64,000 nucleotides of DNA from assembly GCA_934168205.1 (NCBI GenBank), contig CAKPMX010000003.1, positions 66,753-130,752 of the forward strand, written 5' to 3'. The first letter of the stretch is position 1. The number at the start of each line of letters is the position of its first letter. Of the stretch, positions 45,661-55,375 are shown piece by piece. The translations under genes and the position numbers were made by a program. The DNA comes from an uncultured Bacilli bacterium (GTDB taxonomy: Bacteria; Bacillota_I; Bacilli_A; RF39; UBA660). Under the pieces are notes generated by a model. It ran no database searches. It worked only from the letters and a program-made list of their open reading frames with translations, and had not been told where the DNA came from.

Positions 45661-46845
45661 TTAATCCTCCTTTGTTATTAATCTAATCATGGAATATGCT
45701 GGTAGACTATGATCAAACTTTAGTTTTAAGACTTGTTCTGGATGTCTAGCCACTTCTAATTCATTCATGTCTTCATCATATATTTTGTCTACCGTATATT
45801 TATATACTTCACCTGCTGGTGTAAATATTTCTGTTTTATCACCCGGCTTAAAATAATTTCTTTCTACTAATACTATGCAATTATTTTCTTTATCATAAGA
45901 AGTTATTAAACCTAAGTAATCTTGATTTGATAGTTCTTGACGTCCTGAATAATACTGGTCGTCATAATCTGCTTCTTTTAAGAAAAAATGTGTCGATACT
46001 TCACGATTTGCTACTCTACTTAGACGATATTCTAACTCTTGCATTATTTCTTTAGTCAAAGTTTTATTGTAATATCTATCTATTATTTCACGATAGGTTC
46101 CAATTACTGTTGCCAGATAATATAATGATCTCATTCTTCCTTCTACTTTTAAGCTCTTAACACCAATATCAATAAGGTCAGTGATATAATCTGCCATGTT
46201 TAAGTCTTTTGTTGCCATGGTAAAATCTTTTTCTTCATCAGTTTTAAAGGCAAAACGACATACTTGGGCACAACCTCCACGGTTGGCATCTCTATTTGTT
46301 ACGTAATTAGATAAAGCACATCTTCCTGAAAAACAAGTACACATAGCACCATGAATAAACACTTCGATATCAACATGAGTCTTATCAATTATTTCTTTCA
46401 TGTCTTTTTTGCCTACTTCTCTTGCAAGAACAACTCTATCTATACCTTCATTTTTAAAGTATTCAACAGCTTTATAATTACTTGTTGAGTTTTGAGTAGA
46501 TAAATGAACTTCTACATTTTTATAATTATTTTTAATGTGTGAAATAATAAATGGATCAGATACAATAAAGGCATCTATACCAGCATCTACTACATTTTTT
46601 ATGTATTCTTCTACTTCACTCATATCTTCATTATGAAAAACGATATTTAAAGTTAGATATACTTTTTTGTTAAGTTTATGAGCAAAGTCACAACCTTCTT
46701 TTATTTCTTCTAATGAAAAGTTTGTAGCATTAGCTCTTAAACTATATTTTTGTCCACCAATGTATACGGCATCAGCACCATATAAAAGAGTTACTTTTAA
46801 TCTTTCTAAGTCTCCAGCTGGAGATAATAATTCTACTTTAGCCAT
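45661..46845 (-). CDS. Peptidase U32 family protein (YrrO-like)
   Basis: 394 aa. ELLSPAGDLERLK..., VFIHGAMCTCFSGRCALSNY. Follows the yrrN-like gene as in Bacillus. Confidence 0.85.
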   Translation of the reverse strand: MAKVELLSPAGDLERLKVTLLYGADAVYIGGQKYSLRANATNFSLEEIKEGCDFAHKLNKKVYLTLNIVFHNEDMSEVEEYIKNVVDAGIDAFIVSDPFIISHIKNNYKNVEVHLSTQNSTSNYKAVEYFKNEGIDRVVLAREVGKKDMKEIIDKTHVDIEVFIHGAMCTCFSGRCALSNYVTNRDANRGGCAQVCRFAFKTDEEKDFTMATKDLNMADYITDLIDIGVKSLKVEGRMRSLYYLATVIGTYREIIDRYYNKTLTKEIMQELEYRLSRVANREVSTHFFLKEADYDDQYYSGRQELSNQDYLGLITSYDKENNCIVLVERNYFKPGDKTEIFTPAGEVYKYTVDKIYDEDMNELEVARHPEQVLKLKFDHSLPAYSMIRLITKED

Positions 46846-47713
46846 TTTTCTTCACCTGATATATTGTCTTTTTAAAGAAGAAGTTTGTAAAGTCATTAAG
46901 GCTTTTATATTTATTAATGTACTCTTCATCTTGACATTTACCTTCTATATATTTTTGTGTATCGATTAATAACTCTTTAAATAGCTCATGGTCTATTCCA
47001 TATTCTCGTAATATTATATAGGGACAATTGCATGAATATAACTCTTTTATGATTGATGTTGCGTTAGTTATTTTATTTAAGAAGAAATTAGTACCAGTTT
47101 CATCTTCTAATACTTGATATTCTTCATTAGTTGCTTTTTCTGTTACTACCAAGTTTTTCTTAGCTTCTTTATTTAGATTATGATAATAATTAGTTAGTAA
47201 TTTTCTTTTTGAAAAAGCTACACTTGGCATACTTACTGTTTCAACTATTGCTTCTATTTTACTTTTTGTAATCATTTCTTTTATTTCTTCTAAGGTTATT
47301 TCTTTACTTAATAAAGCATATTTTACGCCTTTACTATGATAATAATTACAAGTCTTATAATTATTTACCATGTAAGTTTGACTCCAGATAAGATCTGTTT
47401 TTAAATTACATTCTTTTTTTAATTGAAGAATTGCTAGATCATAGAAAAATATTCCTTTTACATTTAATTTATCTATCTTTAGAAGTATTTCTTTTAAGGA
47501 TTCTATTTCGTCATTAAAAAAGTTTTTATTTAAATTGATAAATATTTCTTTATCAGGATTATCTTTTATTATTTGTTCTATTTCTTCAAATGTATATGTT
47601 AAGTAACTTTGAGAGGAATAGTTTTTTAATGATAGAATTAAGCCATCGGTATATTTACTTAGGTCAGTATTTTTGGTACTTTGTTCTATTAAAATTTTCA
47701 TTTGCCACCTCAT
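46838..47713 (-). CDS. Peptidase U32 family protein (YrrN-like)
   Basis: 291 aa. Overlaps the yrrO-like gene by 8 nt. Called from U32-like fold pattern and synteny. Confidence 0.7.
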   Translation of the reverse strand: MRWQMKILIEQSTKNTDLSKYTDGLILSLKNYSSQSYLTYTFEEIEQIIKDNPDKEIFINLNKNFFNDEIESLKEILLKIDKLNVKGIFFYDLAILQLKKECNLKTDLIWSQTYMVNNYKTCNYYHSKGVKYALLSKEITLEEIKEMITKSKIEAIVETVSMPSVAFSKRKLLTNYYHNLNKEAKKNLVVTEKATNEEYQVLEDETGTNFFLNKITNATSIIKELYSCNCPYIILREYGIDHELFKELLIDTQKYIEGKCQDEEYINKYKSLNDFTNFFFKKTIYQVKKNG

Positions 47714-47832
47714 TTCTATATGTTTTTTTGGGCATAGTAAACTGTGTTTAGTTATGATTATACCATAGTTTCGTGTTTTTTGAATAATTTTATTACAAAA
47801 GAAAAAGTTATTTTTGAAATAACTTTCTTATT

Positions 47833-48609
47833 TTAACTAGTTATTTGAAATTCGTATGTCTCATCTTCATAAAATTTTTCTTCTTTTAGAAGTGTTTTAG
47901 TTACGAATGGTTTATATACTATTAGTTGTCCTGATTTTATGTAGAAACTAATCTTATCTAAGTAGTTATCAACGTCAACACCGCGCCAACTTAGAAAACA
48001 TTCATAGTCACAGATGCTTTTATCTATATAGCCTTCTTTGACTTCTTGTTTGTAATAATCTTGAAATTTATTCTTTAAAATGGCTTCTACTTGATTATAA
48101 TTTATACCAAACATTTCTAGTACTTCATCGGCGTTAAGCAGTTTTATTTCTTCTAGGTTGATATTATATGTTTTGAAATCTACGATAGGATCACCACCGG
48201 TATTATTATTTACGGCTTTAAGAACTAAAGATAGTATTGACCCGTTTATTTCATACTCATAAGTTATGGCATTATTCTTTTTATTGGCGAAGCTTTGAGC
48301 ATAGGATAATATTTCATCATTAGTACCAAGGATTTCATTAGAATCTATATTTATAAATGGTACAACTATTGGATATTGTTCATTTTCATTATCATGTCTT
48401 GTAAAAATTAATGGTTGATCTTTATACATTTTTAGATAACTATAACTATCTCTTGACTGTTGATGTTGATAAAAGTAAATAATCCCTATTATTGCCAAAA
48501 CTGCGCATATTATAATGATTATTATAATGTTATTAGAGTCTGCTTGTATTCTTTTTCTGTTTTGTTTTTGCGTAGTAGTTGGCTTTTTTTGTTTATCATA
48601 TATTATCAT
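47833..48609 (-). CDS. Hypothetical membrane-anchored protein
   Basis: 258 aa. Basic N-terminus, one TM (IIIIIIICAVLAIIGIIYFY), extracellular domain. Confidence 0.55.
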   Translation of the reverse strand: MIIYDKQKKPTTTQKQNRKRIQADSNNIIIIIIICAVLAIIGIIYFYQHQQSRDSYSYLKMYKDQPLIFTRHDNENEQYPIVVPFINIDSNEILGTNDEILSYAQSFANKKNNAITYEYEINGSILSLVLKAVNNNTGGDPIVDFKTYNINLEEIKLLNADEVLEMFGINYNQVEAILKNKFQDYYKQEVKEGYIDKSICDYECFLSWRGVDVDNYLDKISFYIKSGQLIVYKPFVTKTLLKEEKFYEDETYEFQITS

Positions 48610-48641
48610 AATAGCCTCCCTAAAGATAACATTTCCTAATG

Positions 48642-49244
48642 TTATTTTTCTTCTATTCTTTTACTTACGGATATACCATCACCAAGTTCATAAAAGTCTG
48701 TTTTGTAATTGATATTTCCTTTTAAGAATGATATGTATTCTTTTATTTTTCTAACTAGTGCTCTTAAGTTGCGACTTTCTATTTCCTCTTCATCTTTGTC
48801 TACTAGTCCATGGAATTTTAAATTATCTGTTATTATTGTTCCAGATGGATTCAAATTCTTTTCAAATTTTTCGAAGAATTTTATACTTTGTGCCTTAGCT
48901 GCATCTATAAATATTAGGTCATATTTTTCAGTTAAATTAACATCAAGGGCATCATTAAATATTAAAGTAATTCGATCTTCTAATTTTAATTTCTTTATGT
49001 TTTTTAAAGCTTCTAGGTACCTTTTTTCATCACGTTCTATTGTTGTGATGGTAAGAGATGGATTTGATAAGGCCATCATTATTGATGAATACCCTATTGC
49101 TGTACCTATTTCTAATACGGACTGAATTTTATTTTTTGATATGTACTCTATTAAGAATTTAAGTCCATCATCCATCATTATTGGTACTTTTTCCTCTTTT
49201 GCATAGGTACGAATTTCATTTATTATTTCATAAACATTTTTCAC
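48642..49244 (-). CDS. SAM-dependent O-methyltransferase (YrrM/TrmR-like)
   Basis: 200 aa. SAM motif VLEIGTAIGYSS. Position between mltG and the U32 pair as in Bacillus. Confidence 0.8.
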   Translation of the reverse strand: MKNVYEIINEIRTYAKEEKVPIMMDDGLKFLIEYISKNKIQSVLEIGTAIGYSSIMMALSNPSLTITTIERDEKRYLEALKNIKKLKLEDRITLIFNDALDVNLTEKYDLIFIDAAKAQSIKFFEKFEKNLNPSGTIITDNLKFHGLVDKDEEEIESRNLRALVRKIKEYISFLKGNINYKTDFYELGDGISVSKRIEEK

Positions 49245-49259
49245 TACTTCTCACCTTTT

Positions 49260-50333
49260 TTATCTTTCCCATTTACCAGCAGCGATTAACTCATTCTTCT
49301 TGTCTGCATGTTCTTTAGCTGTTGCAAAGAAGTATGTTTTTCCTTCATTATCTGATATAAAATATAAATTATTTGTATCTTTTGGATTAATAGCTGCATC
49401 TATTGCATTTAAACTTGGCATAGATATTGGACCTACTGGTAATGCAGGAATTATATATGTATTATATGGATTTTTGCTATTCATCATTTCAGCTGTGGCA
49501 ATACCAACATCGGTAAATTCTAAGCCTAAGCCGTAATATGATGTAGCACAACTTTGTAATTTCATAGATATGTTTAAACGATTATGAAAAACTGAAGAAA
49601 CATCTTTAAAATCTCCTGTCTTTCCTTCTTTTTCTATAATAGACGCTAAAGTTAATATTTCATGTACTGTCATTTGACTATTATTTATTTTGTTTTTGTA
49701 ATCATTTAATTTATTTTTCATTTCATCTAACATTGTTTCAATTATTTTAGAAACTGTTACATCTTTATCATTAAAATAATATGTATCTGGAAATAAGTAT
49801 CCTTCTAACGGATAATAAATTTCGCTATTTAATATTTCATCTGTTAAAAACCAGTATTTTGTGATTAATTCATTTAAGTATGTTTTATCAGCAAATACTT
49901 TTTCTACTTCTTCTTTTGTATTATTAGTATTATCAGCAATTAACGCTATGTAATCCGTTACTCTTTTTCCTTCTTTAAAGGTTAATTTGATAGTATTTGG
50001 ATTATAGTTATTTCCTTCTACTAATATATTTATAATACTTGGTAATGACATACTCTTTTTTAAATCATATGTACTAGCTTTAAGATTTTTGATATTATGT
50101 ATTTTTACATAAATTTTAAAGTAAGTTTCACTTTTAATTAGGTTTCTATTTTTTAATATTTTAGCTATTGTAGAAATTCCTGAGCTAGCTGGTATTTCTA
50201 CTTGTATTATATTGTCATCTTTTGAGTCAACTGGTGACTTTAAGTAGGATATTGTACCAAGTGCAGCAATTACTACTACAACAAGTGCTATTAAAACAAA
50301 TAGTAATGGTTTTGGTCTCTTTCTTACTGCCAT
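49260..50333 (-). CDS. mltG: Endolytic murein transglycosylase MltG (YceG-like)
   Basis: The track start at 50348 is TTG. ATG at 50333 (MAVRKRPKP) follows an AAAGGGAGA SD. N-terminal TM and a YceG-like domain. Confidence 0.85.
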   Translation of the reverse strand: MAVRKRPKPLLFVLIALVVVVIAALGTISYLKSPVDSKDDNIIQVEIPASSGISTIAKILKNRNLIKSETYFKIYVKIHNIKNLKASTYDLKKSMSLPSIINILVEGNNYNPNTIKLTFKEGKRVTDYIALIADNTNNTKEEVEKVFADKTYLNELITKYWFLTDEILNSEIYYPLEGYLFPDTYYFNDKDVTVSKIIETMLDEMKNKLNDYKNKINNSQMTVHEILTLASIIEKEGKTGDFKDVSSVFHNRLNISMKLQSCATSYYGLGLEFTDVGIATAEMMNSKNPYNTYIIPALPVGPISMPSLNAIDAAINPKDTNNLYFISDNEGKTYFFATAKEHADKKNELIAAGKWER

Positions 50334-50360
50334 AATTCTCCCTTTCAATAAAAATAAGAG

Positions 50361-50654
50361 CTATTGCTCGTTATTTTCACCTTGAACTTTTTTTCTTACT
50401 TCTTCTTGTAATGTATCTAAAATAGTTTCAATTACTTTCCATTCTTTTTCAGTTTCAATTGGTTCTAATCTACTATTTGGATCCTCTGGATCGTAAATTG
50501 AAGCGTATACTTCTACGTTTCCAGTTTCATCTTTAGTATTATCGGTATATACAATATAATTTTTATTTGTCTCTTCACTTTCGAATGTAAAAAGAACATC
50601 ATATTCTCTTTCTTGACCTGATTCATCAATCATTGTAAATTTATTATCTTTCAT
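50361..50654 (-). CDS. DUF1292-type small acidic protein (YrzB-like)
   Basis: 97 aa. DESGQEREYDVLFTFESEETNKNYIVYTD pattern. Confidence 0.75.
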   Translation of the reverse strand: MKDNKFTMIDESGQEREYDVLFTFESEETNKNYIVYTDNTKDETGNVEVYASIYDPEDPNSRLEPIETEKEWKVIETILDTLQEEVRKKVQGENNEQ

Positions 50655-50655
50655 T

Positions 50656-51072
50656 TTATCTTCCTTTCTTGTCTAGATAAGTCTGAAGTATGATGGTAGC
50701 CGCTAGACTATCTACTACTTTTTTTCTTTTTTTTCGAGAAACGTTTCCCATAATTAAGGCATCAGTTGCACTCTTTGTTGTTAGTCTTTCATCCTGTAAG
50801 TAAACAGGAATATCAACAGTTTTTTCAAGTTGTTCTTTAAATGATAAACTAAGTTCACCTTTTGGTCCTATAGTATTATTCATATTTTTAGGAAATCCTA
50901 AGACAATAGCGTCTATTCTCAATTCTTCAACAATAGTTTTTACTTCGGATAGTAATCTTTCATATTCTTCATTGTGGCGAATTGTTTTATAACTAGTCGC
51001 AATTAGACCAGTGTTATCACTAATTGCCGTTCCTAAAGTACGGCTTCCTAAATCAAGGCCTAAATATTTCAT
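50656..51072 (-). CDS. ruvX: Putative pre-16S rRNA nuclease / Holliday junction resolvase-like YqgF
   Basis: 138 aa. N-terminus MKYLGLDLGSRTLGTAISD. Confidence 0.9.
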   Translation of the reverse strand: MKYLGLDLGSRTLGTAISDNTGLIATSYKTIRHNEEYERLLSEVKTIVEELRIDAIVLGFPKNMNNTIGPKGELSLSFKEQLEKTVDIPVYLQDERLTTKSATDALIMGNVSRKKRKKVVDSLAATIILQTYLDKKGR

Positions 51073-51323
51073 TATTTTTGTTTTTGAAACTCTGTTAATA
51101 GAATTTCCACAATCTTAGCTCTATCAATTTCTTGAATTTTGTTTCTAGCATCTTTATAGCTAGAAATATATCCCGGATCACCAGAAATTAAGTATCCAAC
51201 AATTTGATTAGTAGGATTGTAACCTCTTTCTTTTAACGCTTCATAAACTTCGTGTAAAATATCTCGAGTTAATTCAGTATCAATAGTTTTAACTTCAAAC
51301 AAACTTGTTTTATCTTGTGACAT
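51072..51323 (-). CDS. IreB-family regulatory phosphoprotein (YrzL-like, UPF0297)
   Basis: 83 aa. VYEALKERGYNPTNQIVGYLISGDPGYISS. Confidence 0.8.
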   Translation of the reverse strand: MSQDKTSLFEVKTIDTELTRDILHEVYEALKERGYNPTNQIVGYLISGDPGYISSYKDARNKIQEIDRAKIVEILLTEFQKQK

Positions 51324-51386
51324 CTAATCACCTCATCTTATTTATAATTTTATTTTACCATTTATTTTTTTCTATGACAATATTTT

Positions 51387-52538
51387 CTATACAGAATAAA
51401 CAAAGGCCATGTAGATTACAAATGCTAAGAACAATAGTGTTACTATTAGACCGTTTGCTTTTTCAAATGATGTAGTTTTATCTTTTACTCCTAAAGCAAT
51501 AGTTATTAGAGCACCGCCAATCAAGCCACCAATGTGGGCAGAATTATCAATACCTGGTGTTAAGAAACCAATTCCTAAGTTCATTAATATTAATGGAATA
51601 ATTTGACTTTTTACTACATTTCCTAAATAAACTCTGTAGTGATAGCCAAAGTAAACTAGTGAGCCCATAAGGCCAAAGATAGCACCTGATGCTCCAACCG
51701 AATAGTAATTACCAGCAAATGTTATTGAGAAAAGTGAGCCAATAACAGCCGAGAATAAATAAATTATTATATATTTTGTTTTTCCTAGAAAGCTTTCTAA
51801 TTGACTACCAATAATTGATAATGCATAGCAGTTGAATAGTAAATGGAATATACCAGCATGAAGAAATGTTCCTGTTATAAGTCGATAATATTCACCAGCT
51901 CTTATACTTGGTCCATAAATACTATACTTACTTATTAATTCCTTGTAATTTCCTAAAATCATAGGTATTACAAATAGTAAAACATTTATAGTAACTAAGG
52001 CGTAAGTTATTATTGGTTTTTTTATTTTAAAAACACTTTCTACTTTTCTAGCATCTTCTTGATTATGTTTATTTATATCATTAGTTATTCTCATAAATAA
52101 TTCCATTCCTTTTTCAGTAAATTTTAATTTTTTATTTAAATCTGGAAAAGCTTTGTTTAATACATCATTCTTATTAAAATCAGCCTCATCATCTATTTTT
52201 ACACATATAGCATTTGGATTTTCATTTAAATTTTCAGTAACATTTTCTCCTAGGTTTAGAAATATACTGAAAACATTCATACTAAGTGAAAGTGTTTTTT
52301 TACGTATTTTTTTTATTATTCTTTTTGTTTTAAATTTATCAAAATCAAATTGTGCATCATTATGAATATAACCAGATACTATACGAACTACTTTATAATC
52401 TTCATTTAAATTTTCTAGCCAGATTTCATTTTCTACGCCTTGAAGAATTATCGGGTTATAGTTCTTTTCTGTTATAAAATAATGAAGCAATTTCATGACC
52501 ATTATATTTTTATCATCTAGTTCTAATTCTGCTTCCAT
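51387..52538 (-). CDS. Rhomboid-family intramembrane serine protease with an N-terminal cytoplasmic domain
   Basis: 383 aa. Catalytic GASGAIFGLMG and AHIGGLIGG. Confidence 0.85.
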   Translation of the reverse strand: MEAELELDDKNIMVMKLLHYFITEKNYNPIILQGVENEIWLENLNEDYKVVRIVSGYIHNDAQFDFDKFKTKRIIKKIRKKTLSLSMNVFSIFLNLGENVTENLNENPNAICVKIDDEADFNKNDVLNKAFPDLNKKLKFTEKGMELFMRITNDINKHNQEDARKVESVFKIKKPIITYALVTINVLLFVIPMILGNYKELISKYSIYGPSIRAGEYYRLITGTFLHAGIFHLLFNCYALSIIGSQLESFLGKTKYIIIYLFSAVIGSLFSITFAGNYYSVGASGAIFGLMGSLVYFGYHYRVYLGNVVKSQIIPLILMNLGIGFLTPGIDNSAHIGGLIGGALITIALGVKDKTTSFEKANGLIVTLLFLAFVIYMAFVYSV

Positions 52539-52596
52539 GTTTTCCTCCTAAATAAGTTAATAATATTATATACTAAAACATAAAATAAAAAAAGAG

Positions 52597-53067
52597 GTGA
52601 TTATTTTGTTAAAGAAAATTCTTATTTTTGTATTATGCTTAGCTCCTTGGTTTCTTACTAATATAGTTCCTGTTGATTATAGTTGTTTTGATACTATAAA
52701 ATTACCATTTTTTTGTCCTCCTAAGGCTGCCTTTGGAATAATTTGGACAATTCTTTACATTTTTATTGCGATAAGTATTTATGGCATTGTAACTAATTAT
52801 AAATGGAAAGAAATTCCTAAGTCTTATAAGACTGCTCTACTTCTTAATTATATATTTAATCAGGCCTATACTTTAATATTTTTTGGCCTTAAAAACAACT
52901 TTTTAGCATTTGTTGATACTGTTGCGATATTTATATCCTGTTTATTCTTATATCATGAAACTAATAACTTAAGAGAAAAAAGTAGTAAGTTTTTGGATCC
53001 TTACGTACTCTTTTCATTATTTGCTTCTATTTTAGCTTTAACTATATATGTAATTAATACTTTATAG
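52597..53067 (+). CDS. TspO/MBR-family tryptophan-rich sensory protein
   Basis: About 155 aa, 5 TM helices, PPKAAFGIIWTILY motif. The start is ambiguous (GTG 52597 or TTG 52606 after AGAGGTG). Confidence 0.7.
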   Translation: MIILLKKILIFVLCLAPWFLTNIVPVDYSCFDTIKLPFFCPPKAAFGIIWTILYIFIAISIYGIVTNYKWKEIPKSYKTALLLNYIFNQAYTLIFFGLKNNFLAFVDTVAIFISCLFLYHETNNLREKSSKFLDPYVLFSLFASILALTIYVINTL

Positions 53068-53069
53068 TT

Positions 53070-53960
53070 TTATTCTTCGTTTTCTAATTCTTCTAATTTT
53101 TCTTTAAATTCTTTTGGTGGCTCAACTTCAAAATAAAGTTCCTTATTAGTTCTTGGATGATTAAATCTGATACTTTTAGAATGAAGCATTTGGCCAAATT
53201 CTGTGCAATTTTTTTCTTTTCCATATAGTGGATCATTTACGATAGGATAATTTATATAAGCTAAATGTACTCTTATTTGATGTGTTCTACCAGTTTCTAG
53301 AATACACTCAATTAAAGTATTAGCTTTATATCTTTTTAGGACTTTAAAATGAGTTATAGCCTCCTTGGCATTTACATCTGTAACTTGCATTTTAAGTCTA
53401 TTTCTTTGGTCTCTTCCAATTGGAGCATCAATTGTTCCTGTATCTGTTTTTATTACACCGGTTGTGATGGCTAAATAACGTCTTTCTACTTCTTTGTTCC
53501 CAATCATTTTTGATAGTTTTTCATGTGTTTCTTCATTTTTAGCAACTAACATAAGACCAGATGTATCTTTATCTAGTCGATGAACTATTCCAGGACGCAT
53601 CTTGTCACCCGATGTTATATTGAATCTATATAATAAAGCGTTAACTAGAGTGTTTGTGTAATGACCAGGTGCTGGATGAACTACCATACCAGAAGCCTTG
53701 TTTATGACTAAAAGGTCATCGTCTTCGTAAACTATATCTAATGGTATATTTTCCGGTTCAACGCTTATCTCATAATTAAGCTCATCATTTACTTGTATTT
53801 GATCATTTAATTTAACAAGGTAATTTGCACTTATCACTTTATCGTTTACTAGTACTTTTCCTTCTTTGATTAGTTTTTGAATTTTACTTCTAGAGATATC
53901 TAGTTTAGTAGCTAGATAAGAATCTATCCTTGTTTGTGTTTCTTCTTCTACGATAATCAT
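53070..53960 (-). CDS. rluD: RluA-family 23S rRNA pseudouridine synthase (RluD-like)
   Basis: 296 aa. N-terminal S4-like domain. Catalytic motif HRLDKDTSGLMLVA. Confidence 0.9.
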   Translation of the reverse strand: MIIVEEETQTRIDSYLATKLDISRSKIQKLIKEGKVLVNDKVISANYLVKLNDQIQVNDELNYEISVEPENIPLDIVYEDDDLLVINKASGMVVHPAPGHYTNTLVNALLYRFNITSGDKMRPGIVHRLDKDTSGLMLVAKNEETHEKLSKMIGNKEVERRYLAITTGVIKTDTGTIDAPIGRDQRNRLKMQVTDVNAKEAITHFKVLKRYKANTLIECILETGRTHQIRVHLAYINYPIVNDPLYGKEKNCTEFGQMLHSKSIRFNHPRTNKELYFEVEPPKEFKEKLEELENEE

Positions 53961-54005
53961 ACTTAACCTCCTCGTTGTAATATTTTAACATATAAGATAA
54001 TTTTA

Positions 54006-54881
54006 TTAAAGAATGTCTATTTTATTTTCTTTGGATATTTGTTCTAATAGTTCTAGTATTTTTGCACAATACTCTTTATTATTACTATTCATATTATAAA
54101 AATGGCAATAACAATTAATTAAGCACCAAAGATAATTATCAAAATTAAAACTTAATTCTTCCTTGTATCCAGATAAAAACATTTTTATATCATTAACGCT
54201 ATCCATGAACTTTTGTCCTGGTCTTAAAACTGTTGCCCAGGCAATGTCTTGTTCTTTAAATCCTTTACCTGAATATTCAAAGTCTAAAACTGTACTTACT
54301 TTTCCTTTATCCCAGAGAATGTTTCCATAGTGAAAATCACCATGTATAAAAGTATCTTTGTTTGCTTCTATGTAATTTTTACTTAGATATCTAACGTAAG
54401 GTTGTAATTCTTTTATTTCTGTTTTTACAATGCTATTTATATCTCTTTGATATGAATTTTTAAATAAATCCTTTGGTATTTTATGTATTATAGCTAGCTC
54501 TTTTCCATATTTATATAAATATTCTTCTTTTTTAGAATTATCTTTTTTAAAAATTTCTGATAATTTATTTCCTGTTCTTTTTTCTAGAAAAAGGCAGTTT
54601 TTATTTTTATGTTTTACTAAATCTAAAACTTTAGGAACTTTTTCGTAGTATTTATTTTTCTGTAATATGTTGATATTTTCTTTTTCTTGAACAAAGTCAC
54701 TAACTCTACTTCGTTCTATTTTTAGTACTACATTTCTTTTTTCATTATTATTTTCAATTACACATTCTATAACATCATTGCCAGCTGGATAGTAATTGAT
54801 TATTTTAGTTATTCTTCCTAGCTTAGTATTTATCTCTTTAGGATTTATTTCTAGATCACGCCATTTTTTGTATTTAGCCAT
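54006..54881 (-). CDS. Aminoglycoside/choline-kinase-like phosphotransferase family protein
   Basis: The start is set at MAKYKKW (AAAGGGAA SD). Catalytic loop HGDFHYGNILW and VLDFEYSG. Confidence 0.7.
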   Translation of the reverse strand: MAKYKKWRDLEINPKEINTKLGRITKIINYYPAGNDVIECVIENNNEKRNVVLKIERSRVSDFVQEKENINILQKNKYYEKVPKVLDLVKHKNKNCLFLEKRTGNKLSEIFKKDNSKKEEYLYKYGKELAIIHKIPKDLFKNSYQRDINSIVKTEIKELQPYVRYLSKNYIEANKDTFIHGDFHYGNILWDKGKVSTVLDFEYSGKGFKEQDIAWATVLRPGQKFMDSVNDIKMFLSGYKEELSFNFDNYLWCLINCYCHFYNMNSNNKEYCAKILELLEQISKENKIDIL

Positions 54882-54898
54882 AATACAATTCCCTTTCA

Positions 54899-55375
54899 TT
54901 ACTTTTTTATATCTCTTGATATGTAGATTATTATTAGTAATAATACACCAATTGTTATTCCAATATCGGCGATGTTGAAGACAGGAAAGTTATAATTAAA
55001 AATTTGAAATGAAAGAAAATCAATAACTCCTTGATAAACAATTCTGTCAATTAGATTACCAAGTATTCCACCTAGTACCAGTCCAAATGATAGATACAGG
55101 GCTGTTGTTAGGTTTTCTTCTTTTTTTAGGTAGTAAATTATTACACTTATACAGATAATACTTGTTATTGCAAGAAGTATTGTTTGATTTTCTAATATAG
55201 AAAAGGCAGCTCCTGTATTTTTTAAATATTGAATCGAAAAGAAATTTGGTATTATACTGATTTCTTCGTTTAAACTCATGTTAGTTTTAATTAACAATTT
55301 TACGATTTGATCTATTAGTAATACTATTACTGATGTTAAATAAACTTTATTTTTATTTTTTTGCATTTTCTTCAC
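54899..55375 (-). CDS. lspA: Lipoprotein signal peptidase II
   Basis: 158 aa. NTGAAFSIL and FNIADIGITIG motifs. Confidence 0.9.
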   Translation of the reverse strand: MKKMQKNKNKVYLTSVIVLLIDQIVKLLIKTNMSLNEEISIIPNFFSIQYLKNTGAAFSILENQTILLAITSIICISVIIYYLKKEENLTTALYLSFGLVLGGILGNLIDRIVYQGVIDFLSFQIFNYNFPVFNIADIGITIGVLLLIIIYISRDIKK

